This document shows, in pieces, positions 41,278 through 53,144 of a DNA stretch of 64,000 nt. The position numbers and the translations under genes were made by a program. This DNA comes from Eledone cirrhosa (lineage: Eukaryota). The notes beneath the pieces were generated by a model. It was given only the letters and a program-made list of their open reading frames with translations. It did no database searches and was not told the origin of the DNA. The stretch is from positions 91,326,001-91,390,000 of the forward strand of contig OZ024742.1 in the NCBI GenBank assembly GCA_964016885.1, in the 5' to 3' direction. Within the stretch, counting starts at the first letter, position 1. The number at the start of each line of letters is the position of its first letter.

Positions 41278-43231
41278 TACAAGTCATCAAATAATCTATG
41301 AACATAATTAAATCCCTCAATAGAACCACTACATGATGGCTTGACCAGCTAGAAACAGCACCCAAATCTTGCTCAAATTACCAACCAATTGTCTTGAAAA
41401 GATAGTGTCATATTGGTTAATGTAGTGATGTATATACAATACCCACATCATAACAGGATGGTGATGACTGGAACACGTTTCATCATAGATCTGCTGGATC
41501 AGGGTTGGTCCAAGGAAAAATCAGAGATCACGGGTTTGCAAAGCAAACTTCTTGAACAGACTGCCATTTCGTCATCATCATTTTCATGTTTTTTTTTCTA
41601 AGCCTGTATGAGTTATATAGGTCTTTCCACTTTTTATATCCTTCTGAGATGAACCCACCAATTCTTCCTTAACCTAGTTCTGATGCAAGTTACAAATAGA
41701 TCACTAAGTATTTTTTTTTTGTCCAGTTATCATCCTTCATATACCTATGCCCACGTCAGCACACTCTATAGCTTGTTCCTTAACTCTCTTCTACTGTCAT
41801 TCATCCATGCTAACATAAGACATCCACCAGAAAATACCCAGCCCATTTCACTCTGACTATAACTGCAATCAATGCCAACGTCTCACTATTGTGCAACATT
41901 GCACTCCCCTTCACTCAAATAAAATGTCTTTGCTGACAACCAAGATAGTTGCCTGAACCTTTTCCAGTCCTTACTAACATGGAAAACAGGATTCAGAATA
42001 CATCACCCAGAATATGTCGTTAAAGTATTCCTGTCAAATTATAGCAACACCTTGTCAGTGAAATTTCCTATATGGAAATTGTATGAAAGCTTATTGGATA
42101 TATGTGTAGAGCGGAGAGTTAAACAAAATCAATTTGTCAAATGTTTATTCGCGTTATTTAGTTCCATTCAAAGTTATGTCCCTTTACGTAAAGTCATTTG
42201 ACTTTCATCCGTTACAAATCGATAAAAATAAATACCAAAATAAAGGAGTCGATATAATCGACTAAAACCCCTTACTGACATTGCCCCCAGCACGTCAGCC
42301 TTCTAATGACAAAAACACAAAAGTATTAGATAAATAAATATATAAATAATAGATTTCAAAAAGCCTTATACAAAATCATTGAACGATTTTCTCCTCCCTC
42401 CCCCACCACAGTTCTAAGTTCAAATACCACCAGTATCGACTTTTATTGCATCCCATTGATAATGTAAAATAAGTACGAGTAAAACTCTGGGTCACTTCAA
42501 GTAATTACATTCCTCCCATCAAAATTAGTCCAGGGAAGAAATCAATATAATAAAGCCAAAGTTTATAATATAGGGTGGTATTTTATTTAGGTACAAATCA
42601 TATTCTTGACCCTTCGCTGTAAATATGTGTCTGTAGAAATGCTAAGCATTCCCTCATGATGTTGGTTGACAATAAGTTTAGATTCATGTTCCCTAATGTC
42701 ATCTGCCTCTTGGTCCCACCCAACAGGATGAAGGAGACATTGCCCCCGAGGACGACAAGGAAGATGCATTGGTACAGCCATTCCACCTTGGCATAGAACT
42801 ATGGTTCAATAAATCATTATAATATTTTTCATATAACTTAGTGAACAAGAAGAGGTGTCATGCCTATTACATTTGCAGGCTTTTCCAGATTAATGTGACT
42901 TGTTAATCCAGCCCTGATCAGTTGAACAAACAAGGAAAGGCATTTAGGGTACAAATATTTTTAGATAATCTATATAGGTCTACATTATTCTGTATGATTA
43001 GTCATTTTTTTTTTAAAGACTGCTTTCAATGAAATTTGTCTGCTACCACCGGCAAATCAAACAACCACGAAGAAGTTTCCTTGTTGACTAGTGATTGATA
43101 AGGTGGTACCTGTAGGCAATAGTGTAGAAAGGGAGGGAATTTCAGAAGAGTGTTATGCAAAATTGATTGTGGTGAAATTTGAACTCAGAACTGTGTGTGA
43201 AGAAATTAAATAGCATTATTTGTATAATAAT

Positions 43232-43506
43232 AAATAAAGTACCAGTAATGCACTGGGTAATTGCTGGCCTTATGCCTAAAGTAGAAACAATTATTTGTAT
43301 AACAGGGCGGTGGATTGGCAGTATCGGTAGAGGGTCGGACGCCATGCTTTCCAGCATAGTTACGTCCCTTTACGATCTGAGTTCAAATCCCACCGAGGTT
43401 GACTTTGCCTTTCATCCTTACGGGGGTTGATAAAATAAAGTACCAGTAATGCACTGAGTAATTGCTGGCCTTGTGCCTAAAGTAGAAACAATTATTTGTA
43501 TAACAG
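43232..43506 (+). mobile_element. SINE family A copy preceded by a duplicate of its own 3' end
   Basis: 43232-43304 repeats 43434-43506. Confidence 0.85.
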
Positions 43507-44172
43507 TTTACTATTTCACATATCTACACTCTTCAGAACTTTCATTTTACAGCCCCAGCTCCCATCAATTCTTCCCCAACCTGGCCAAGGACACAATGAG
43601 CACCATAGTCTTGTAATGGGTAGTGTTGATGTCACAATAAAATGCACCAAGCCCTCTCTGTAAAGTGATAGTGCTAGTGTCACAATAAAAAGCACTCAGT
43701 CTGCATACAAGGCAGTGGTGCTGGTGCTCCAACAAAAGCACTCAGGGCACCTTGTAAGGTGGTAGCACAGGGGTCATGAGACATTGGCAGTGAGAAGGGC
43801 ATCCAGACATAGAAACCTAACCCAAAACAGAGCATATGAGTAAGAGAGTCTCTTGACCAGTCAAAACCTGAGTATATGCTAGCCCATCTAACACATGCAA
43901 GCATGGAAAATAGGTACGGAATGGTGATGAAGATGAGTGTATTTATATTGACATTAGCCAATGTCTCTTGTAATACAAGAGAAACTGGCTCCTATTTCTA
44001 GCAGTCAAGTCTCTACATATTCTTCTTAGCCTTGTAAACAGTGTGATAAAAATGTACATACAAAAATACAAAGGATAAAACAAATTTAGAAAGTAGATGC
44101 TGAACGAAAATATATATGTAAAAAAAAAAAAAAAAAAAAGTGAATCATTGAAAAACAAATGAAAAAAACAAT

Positions 44173-44178
44173 TTTATT
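44173..44178 (-). terminator. Candidate polyadenylation signal (AATAAA) of MRPS6
   Basis: About 255 nt after the stop on the minus strand, followed by T-rich sequence. Confidence 0.35.
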
Positions 44179-44432
44179 TCTTGATATAACTGATTGGTTA
44201 AAATAATTGTCTAAAAAAACTTAAAACCAGCTCCTTCAGCAATATATATCATATACAAAGATGTGTAGTGCTATCTTTAGTACAAACCAGTTCTTTCAGA
44301 GATACTTCTTATATACAAAAATGTACAGAGTTATCTCTTCTGTACAGAAATTCCTTCAGGTGTTACAGTACTGTTCACAAAACAGCAAACCAAGGACTCA
44401 TAGAATCCATAATATAAACAAGTTTCATAATT

Positions 44433-44688
44433 TCAATTTCTATTTGTAGATGGTTCAATCCTGTCTCTTGGAATTTTCATACGTTTTAAAACTCTTGTTC
44501 GCCAGACTCGTTTTTCATGATCAGGACTTTTCAGTTCCCCAAATACACATGGGCCAAACTCACATGGGCGTAATGTTTCCTCTTTTCTGAGAACTATTCC
44601 TGGTTTAATGATATCAACATCTCGTAATAGGTACTCGTTTAAGTCAACAATTTTGTCTGTTGGGCTGTCAAAATTGACCAGAAAATAC
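44433..44688 (-). CDS. MRPS6: MRPS6 coding exon 3 (ends in TGA)
   Basis: Acceptor TTCATTCCAG, encodes YFLVNFDSP..LLRDVDIIK..PCEFGPC..TNRN*. Confidence 0.93.
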
Positions 44689-47600
44689 CTGGAATGAAGA
44701 AAAGTGACATATAAATATAAGAAACGAGTTATCTAATTTGAATAATAAAAAATTACAGACACTGATTTTAGCTTTTTCTATAACATGCAGCATAAACACT
44801 CATACCTACATATATAACTTGAATAAGCATATTATACACATGCATAACAATGGACACTATTTGATTTCCACAGATGAATGTTGCAGTTGTTCAATCCACA
44901 CAATGGGATATTCAATGACCTTATAATGTATTTCAAAGACACTTGTACCCTAAAAAATCCTCAGGCAAAATCATTGACAAGATTAGGCCTTCAAATTAAA
45001 CGTACAGTTCATTGAATGTGCTTTAAACAAACTAATTTCACTCACAAGACTTGGATCAACCCAGAACTATAGTAGAAGACACTTCCCTAGAACAATGTAA
45101 TTGGGAAACAAACATCTTAACTCATAACCATGAGTCCAAAATATTATATACACATAGAAAACACACAATTTTGAAAATAACCAAGAATTTGCAAGGATTT
45201 AGTAATATAACTATTTTTTATTGTTAAGATTTTTCAAACATAACCTTATAGAATGTTAGGATGTGCTGGACGGAGTGTTTGAAGACTCTTCCCCCATGAC
45301 CCTCTCAGGAATAAGTAGGCGAAAAAGAAGGTTTTTAGATATGAACATTTTAAAGTAGGAAGTTTTATATAAGAACCAGATGCAGTATCAGACAAGTTCG
45401 CATCAAAAACGTTTTTAAAAAAGAAACATTAGCTGATGTAGTCTGTCATATACAAAAAGATGCGACATGGTTGGAATACATTCAATCATGTCTGCTGGAT
45501 CAGTGCTACACAGCATTGAAGTTTCTTTTTAACAGAATAATTTACAAGGTTTGAATAATTTTTAAACATTTATGTTTTCATACAGACATATCTAAAATAT
45601 GTATAACACAATCATCAATTCTTAGTGACTAGTGTGTGTTTATTATGGAGTTAGTGATGTGAAATACCACTGGGTGGTACATGGAGCAAGTCTCTTCTAG
45701 AATTAGTTTCGATTGACAAAATCCTTGTGAAAAATTTGGTAGACAGAAATTGTGGAAGTTCATCAGATGTGGATATACATGTGTCTGAATTAATGGAATT
45801 TTGAGTCAAAAGTCTTTACGGTATTTAGTTTTGTCTCAGTTATTGATAGGATAAGTACCAGAGGTGAACGAAGGCACTTAAATGTGGTTCCCTAACAAAT
45901 TAGTAACAAAAACCAGAAAAAGATAAGCATAATATATTCGATATTTGAAGGATGAGGGTGGGGAGTTGGACATTTATATCACTATTTGCATTTATCAAAA
46001 GAAATAAAAATATTTTCTTTTCCAATATTGAAAAAATATTTAAGACAGTATATAGAGCTTCATGCTTAGTAAACCAACGAACATTAAAGAAATGGTGTTA
46101 AGATTTTTTTAATTTCGCAAAATAAAGTTTAAATGCGTCATATTATATATACATTTTAATTATTTTGTTAATTAATTAAATTATTTCGAGAATAAATTAG
46201 GTTATCATTTTTCACACTAAAAAACAAGGTATATAATTCTTCTAGCTTGCTTGTGGATTACCTCCCTTGTCAGTTTAATATTTATTCTTTTTTGTAGAGA
46301 TAAATGTTCAGCCCCACGTTAGGATTGATCCGGCAGACCTATAAGTAAAAGGCATGTTAACTCAGATCATCCAATTATCTATTTATCTATTATATATATA
46401 TATATATATATATTATTTTTTTTTTTTTTTGTGGTGGGTATATATCAGGAACTACATCATCCAATGTAATGAATGTATCTATTATTTTAAATTAGTGTAA
46501 TTTAAAGACGATTTGACTGCTATATCTAGCATGCTAAGTGATTACAATGAGTGTCTTATGTTAACTGTACTTACTGCTTTTATGTTTGTCTCTCAGAGAT
46601 TAGACAGATCTGCAATACAGTATCTTTCTATACATGACAATAAATTATACAAGCAATTTGATGGCAGTACATGGCTTAGTGGTTAGAGCATTGGGCTTGT
46701 AATCGAAAGGTTGTGAGTTCAATTCTCAGACTGGGTGATGTGTTGTTTCCTTGAGCAAGACACTTTATTTCACATTGCTCCAGTTTACTCAGCTGTAGAA
46801 ATGAGATGATAGGACTGGGGTCCCTATCATTCCACTGCAAAGTGGATGTGGAGGTGCCACAGAAAAAAGGCACCCAGCACTCACTGTAAATGAGGTTGGT
46901 GTTAGGAAGGGCATCTAGCTGTAGAAATCAAGCCAGAATCAGTTCCTGTCCCACCCTTGCAAGCAGGGAAAAGCGGACGTAAAATGATGATGATGAATCG
47001 GAGTGAACAAATGTAACATATATTTCTTTTTCTTATCTATTACTTATTTAGATAAATAATCTAAATCAGGATCCTAATATTATTCTAGAAGTGAAAATAA
47101 GGTTAACCCTTTTGATACAACCCCACCCAAAACAGGGATGCCTGTTTAAATGAAATTAAAAACATTTTTATAAAAGAACCCTATGTATCCCGGTTTTTAG
47201 AATATGTACACAGTATCCCTGTGTATCATTAGAAGCGACTAAAAGGGTTTGCATCAGGAAGGGCATCCAGCTATAAAACACTGTTCCAACCCATCCAATT
47301 CAAATACATCAGTGTGAATCAGTAAGACATAAAAATAATGATAATGATGATGATGAACCCTCTGTTAAGTTACTGCCTTAGTAATGAAATCATCAAAATG
47401 AAGGATAGATTGTATGATGTGTATACAAACAGAAAAGTTGCATGGGAGTGAGACCTGGCACTGTATACAGAGGACTTACGAAGATTGGAAAGAATCCGAT
47501 GGATGTGTAATAATAATATACATGAACATGGAGGCACATGGCTTAATAGTTAGAGCATTGGCCTTGCAATCGAAAGGTTGTGAGTTCAATTCTCAGATGG

Positions 47601-50600
47601 GGTCATGTGTTGTTTCCTTGAGCAAGACACTTTATTTCACATTGCTCCAGTTTACTCAGCTGTAGAAATGAGATGATAGAGACTGGTGTCCATATCATTC
47701 CACTGCAAAGTGGTCGTGGAGGTGCCACGGCAAAAAAGCACCCAGTACCCACTGTAAATGAGGTTGGTGTTAGGAAGGGCATCCAGCTGTAGAAATCAAG
47801 CCAGAATCAGTTCCCGTCCCACCCTTGCAAGCAGGGAAAAGCGGATGTATGATGATGATGATGATGATGAACAGCAAAGTGTAAATGAACTGAGAGATAA
47901 ACTGGGCATAAAAGGGAGGAGATGCAGTGTGCAAGAGAGATTGCGATGGTATGACATATGATGCATATGAAGGATGACAGCTGTATAGAAAGGTGTAGGG
48001 CACTCAAAGTTGATGGAAGCTATGAAAGAGAAAGACCTAGGAAGGCTTGGGATGAGGTGATAAAAGATAACTGCACAATTACACCTCACAAAGGCAAAAA
48101 GACAGGATCGAGATCTCTGGCACTATGCAATAGTGCAGAAGACCCTCCTTCCCATGTGCATGGATCAAGTGATTTCTTGTATGCACCACCTTTCCCCTCT
48201 GCCCCTTCCATACACTCCACCCTATACCACCAACATACATGCACCATCCCCACTGTATTGGTGCCAAAACAAAAAGCACCCAGACAACACTGTAAAGAGG
48301 TTATGTTAGTGACACAACAAAAAATGCCCATTCTACACTGTAAAGTGGTCGTGTTAGTGTCATAGCCCCCAGTTCCCACTGTAAATGTGGTTGCCGTTAG
48401 GAAGCCATAGAAACCAAGTCAGAAACAGTTCTGAATGAGCAAGACACAGCCATCTGACTTGTCTCACATTGGGACAACTCGTCTAACCCATGCTAGCGTG
48501 GAAAATGGATGTTAAACGGGGATGATGATTGCATTCAATAAGGAGAGTATTTAACAATGAAAATTATTTCATAATTTGGTATGCTAATATCCTATAACTC
48601 CAATATTTTTTAAGAGTTCCTGATGCTGAATTAGGAATTTTTTATGAAGTATTGAGTACAGGTGCTCGTAGATTGTGAAGTTGTGAACACAAGCAGAGTT
48701 ACCTATGGATAAAGTGGAGAAGGTTTAAGCTTGGATTTTCATCAAAAGCTAAATTAAGTTCATATATTGATGTGAGAGCCATAGATTATTTTAAGGTCTT
48801 AGGCATGAAAATGTACATTAAAGTATTCTTGTGGATGGATTTATAAGGCTAAATTAATAGATTAAAAGGTCACTTTGTTCATCATTGATAAACCCTTCTG
48901 CCATCTCCTAGCACATCATCTTTTAATATTCAGTCATGTCAAGGACGACAGTATCTGATGTATTTGGTGACCTGCACGATAAATGTACCCCATACATGCT
49001 GCAAACATGGTGATAGGAAAGGCAGACAGCCCTAGAAAAATTGCCAAACAAATGGCTGGGAGTACCCCTCAGTCATATCAAGAACATGACGGCCTCCCAA
49101 GTGTTAGTGATCTACACGATAACCGCATGTAGTACACGCTAGGAGGACCCTCAGTTGTATCAAAGACATGATAAGCTCTCCTGTGCACTTGACAGAATGT
49201 GCGACCATATATAAGCGAGACAACAGATCCCTGGCCTGTCTGGAAGATCAGTAACACCGCTGCAGACAGGCCGGAGGTTCACACCTCTCATACATACAGG
49301 TCCATATTCTAACAAATGCATTTTATCATAGCACTAGAAAGGTTGTCATGTCTTACCTTACTGTGTATTTATCTAATTTCCAAAACCTATTCCCATCATT
49401 GTTATTCAAGTGCGATTCATATTGATGGATTGCTCACATTTCTAGGATGACTTGGCTGCTATACGCTCAAATATTTTAAACTGTACTTCAAGAAAGTCCA
49501 CCAGGATGACTTGCTATAATGCACTACAACCATTAGCTCAGAGAGATGCTATTTCTTCTTACTTCAAAAACCTTCCAGTAAACACTTGCCCCATACATTT
49601 TTCTGCAAAGCTGCAACTTTCTGGAATCCTCTTCCTGCAAACATTTTCCTACAGGCGGCAACCTGAACATCAACCGTATTAACCTCTGCCATCACCCCAC
49701 ATGATTCAGGAAGGGCCTATAATTAACTAATAGAAAAGAATCTGATTCATATAAATAAAGAAACATGAAAAGCAACTTACTTTCCTTCCCGGTGAATATA
49801 TTGGTGTCTGCGTATTATAAAAGGAAGAGACTGCTGTCCCATGTTCTCTAGTGACCTGATGATTCCTTTTCTTTCAGTTATAGCTTCACAGCTCCTACGT
49901 ATGGTAGAATGGAGTTGTACCTGTGAAGTAAGGAAACAAGTCAGCAATTATTAAGTTCATCAAATTTCAAAAATAATTTCAGACATTTTGTCTGCTACTT
50001 TACCAATTCTGACATTCTTGATTTCTAACATAGGATAAAGGTCACAATCATCATCCTCATCATCAGTGTTTTAACATCTGCTTTCCCAGCTTGTAAGGAT
50101 TGGATGGGTCTACGTAGACCAAGTCAGTACTGAAGTGGAGCCACTGATCTCCCAGATAGGCTAGAGATCTGTGTCTCACTTATATATGGTCTCAATGTTA
50201 AAAAAAAAAGGTAAAGACTTTCCTAAGCCTGAAGGCTCATCAGGCCGGTGCTTATCCCAGTTTCATCAGTGTTAAGCAACTGATGGCACAAGCCTTTCCC
50301 CTGGATAGGCTGCCAGTCCACCTCAAAGTTAATTCCCAGCTACTACTGGTACTCATTTTCAGCAGAGTGTACTGGAGCATTGCATAATTACTGTATTTCC
50401 CAGCGTTGTTTTCCTAAAATAATTTCAAATTTTTGGTTGTCAAAATTAGGGTGCGTCCTTGATTGCGTCTTCGGCGCCGGGAAATACGGTAAGTGTTTTG
50501 CTTAAGAACAAAATCCAAGAATCAAACCCAAGACATTATGACCTAACCACAAGGCCATGTGCCATCACAATGTAGGGATGGGTACAGTTGGTTATATCTA

Positions 50601-51855
50601 CCAGCACTTAACTGATTGACCTTGAAATCAGAATGTAACAAGCCAAAAATTTAGAGGCAGGGGTTAGTTGATTTAAATAAGTGCAATGCTTAACATATGG
50701 TTTATTTTAACAACCTTGACAGGATTTGAACTCTGAACATACACATACAGAAAATTATTTTGTTCGATGCTCTAACAATTGTGCCAAACCTAACTCAAGT
50801 ACAAAACCACAATTTTAGGGGAATGGTGCAGTCGATTGAATATTGTTAGCTGAAAATGAGTATCAGCAGTAGTTGGGAGTTAACCTTTCGGTGGACTGGC
50901 GTCATGTCCTGGGGAGAATTTTGTACTCTTAGTCATTTAACACTGAGGAAACTGAGATAAGCAATGCTTAATGAGCCTCTGTGTTTGGGGTAGACTTTTT
51001 TAAATTGTTGTTTAACTCCAAATCAGCTATGTTTTAGCAGACACATGATCAAAAAATTTCATATTCAGTTGTAGTATATCTAGGACAACAATAAATAATT
51101 TGTTCCTCTTGTTTTGTTTCTTTCTTGTGTTTAAAAATTGCAGGGTATGATTTCAAAGGGACTTGGCTGTTTATTGAAGATGAGTATGTCTTTCTTAGTA
51201 CACAAATTAATAGGAATTTGTTTTCAGTGAAAATTGACCACTATATTAGTGTTTTCCTGTTTGTGTCGTGAAATTGTCCGAGGTCAGAATATGTTTGGTT
51301 TTTTACATAAAAATAAACATTGGATTACCTATTTTGATTGTACCTGCATACTCTGATATGGAAATTCGAATAAGGTTTAATGAACGGCTGGAATACGATG
51401 CATAATGTCCTCTCTTTTTTCAAGGTGGTAGGGAATCGAATGACTGTGTACAGGCACCCTTGCTGGATCTTTTCGTTTTTAGTGAAACAAAAAAATGTCG
51501 CCTAACTTAAAAAAATTATAATCACGATATTGAGTGGTGAACGATTAATGTATTTTATTTATTTAATCAATTTAAACACCCGTACAGCCATGACAAATTA
51601 TGAGCGATATCTAATACCCCTAACAATTAAGAAACAAAAACGAGAGAAATGAAAAGAATGGGAAGGAAAACAGTAGGCAAAAGAGGCATAAATAAGAGAA
51701 AAGGTGAAAAACAAGGACATGGTTCATTATGAGAACCGCTACTTCATAACGATATCTCACTGAATGGTATACTTAATGAGGAAACGTAACGTAAAGATAA
51801 TACTCACTCTATTTAATGCAGACCTTATTATTAAAAACAGTTGATAACCAGGCAT
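44433..51855 (-). CDS. MRPS6: Mitochondrial ribosomal protein S6 (bS6m), 3 coding exons, 147 aa
   Basis: Manual splicing of exons 51855-51808, 49920-49781 and 44688-44433, all GT..AG and in frame (444 nt). Protein MPGYQLFLIIRSALNR/VQLHSTIRRSCEAITERKGIIRSLENMGQQSLPFIIRRHQYIHREGK/YFLVNFDSPTDKIVDLNEYLLRDVDIIKPGIV... matches the bS6m pattern (MPxYxLxLI, GxIRxLENxG, YFLVxF, LxRDxDxI). Confidence 0.95.
46662..46995 (+). mobile_element. SINE family B (tRNA head, CCTTGAGCAAGACACT core, LINE-like tail, (GAT)n end)
   Basis: TGGCTTAGTGG A-box, GAGTTCAATTC B-box, near-identical copies at 47530 and 61188. Confidence 0.85.
47530..47870 (+). mobile_element. SINE family B inserted into an RTE LINE fragment (about 47410-48170)
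   Basis: RTE motifs LHGSETW before and ELRDKLGI..RLRWY..GS..R.RP.K.W after the SINE. Confidence 0.8.
49781..49920 (-). CDS. MRPS6: MRPS6 coding exon 2 (140 nt)
   Basis: Acceptor ..TTCACAG, donor GTAAGT, encodes GIIRSLENMG..LPF. Confidence 0.95.
50391..50489. mobile_element. 99-bp Tc1/pogo-type MITE nested in an older SINE
   Basis: TA|CTGTATTTCCC...GGGAAATACGG|TA. Confidence 0.65.
51808..51855 (-). CDS. MRPS6: MRPS6 coding exon 1 (MPGYQLFLIIRSALNR)
   Basis: ATG at 51855, donor GTGAGT follows on the minus strand. Confidence 0.92.
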
Positions 51856-52894
51856 GATTGTTATTCTAACTTGTCGATCTGATGGCTATACAAGCACATG
51901 TAAAATATGGTAGCATAAACGTACTATAAACTGATTCAATTTCTTGCAGTATGAAGTTAATTGAAACCCGATTATGTGGATTGGCAGTATCGGTAGAGGG
52001 TCAGACGCCATGCTTTGCAGCAAAGAGTTACGGCCTTTTATGGTCTGAGTTCAAATCCCGCCGAGGTTAACTTTGCCTTACGGGGTCGATAAAATAAAGT
52101 ACCAGTAATATACTGTTATATTTGTTGGCCTTGTGCCAAAAATAGAAACAATTATATAGTCAACTGGCAAGTGCTAGGGGTATATCAGTCATAATTGTAT
52201 TGTGCTGTTTATTACATAATTAAATATGTATATATATATATGTGTGTGTGTGTGTGTATGCGTTACGACAAAAAGCACCCAGCACACACTATCGATGTAG
52301 TTGGCGTTACGAAGGGCATTCAATCGTAGAAAACCACCCAGAAACACTCCTAAGTGAGCGAGACACGATCACCCGACCCAAATTGCTTCTAAATGGGACA
52401 AACCCGTCTAACCCATGCTAGCGTGGATGATTAATCTATGATGATGATGATGTGTGTGTATATATAAAGAGTGGTGTGCTCATTAGCGGTGATGTTATTT
52501 ATAGCATCTCCGTGTATGAGCACACCACTATTTATATTAACTTTATCCCCTCAACGCTTCGGTGAAGTATACGCTTCGCTAATGAGGTCATGACAAGGCA
52601 TAGGTATTTCCGAAGTTGTCTCCCATACTTTCCGAAATAATTGAAATATTTGTCATTGATTAATATTATTATTGTTTTTTTTTCCCTTTGCATAGTTGTT
52701 TCTATGATCACCATATTAAATATTAGCGAAATATATTAGAATGATCATTTCTCACATTGGAATAAAGCCGTACATTTTCGACAAGGGTATAGTCGATTAT
52801 ATAGACCAGGCATGGACAACCTTTACATAATTAAATAGCTCTGCACTATACATAGAGCACTCTTCTTTCTTTTACTTTTTCCACGGAAATACTT

Positions 52895-52951
<57 letters not shown>

Positions 52952-53117
52952 GTGTGTAATAAAAATAAGTAATATAATCCACAACAGCAACTGATCTCAC
53001 AAACCGGTAACTAAAAATTATAACACTATCGTGTTTCCATATATTTCCTAACATTTAGTTTGTTATCTTCAATTCGTAGAGAACTACAGACTTCCTGTCA
53101 CTCTCCTTCAACACACC
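51856..53117. promoter_or_regulatory. Divergent (probably bidirectional) promoter region of MRPS6 and ATP5PO
   Basis: 1262 bp between opposing ATGs. ETS-like ACTTCCTG and a pyrimidine-rich stretch lie just upstream of the ATP5PO ATG. Contains SINE insertions. Confidence 0.6.
51977..52154 (+). mobile_element. SINE family A copy within the divergent promoter
   Basis: Family motifs with a small core deletion. Confidence 0.85.
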
Positions 53118-53144
53118 ATGTCGTCTCTGAAACTTACCCAATCG
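53118..53144 (+). CDS. ATP5PO: ATP5PO exon 1 (MSSLKLTQS, start of targeting peptide)
   Basis: ACCATG start context, GTAAAA donor, phase 0 joins exon 2. Confidence 0.75.

Noticed and set aside
42590-42830. GC-richer island with short ORFs
   Set aside because: No recognisable motif or splice pair; possibly a transposon remnant
49921-51807. Nested SLC5A3-like gene in MRPS6 intron 1
   Set aside because: Intron is 1.9 kb of repeats with no long ORF
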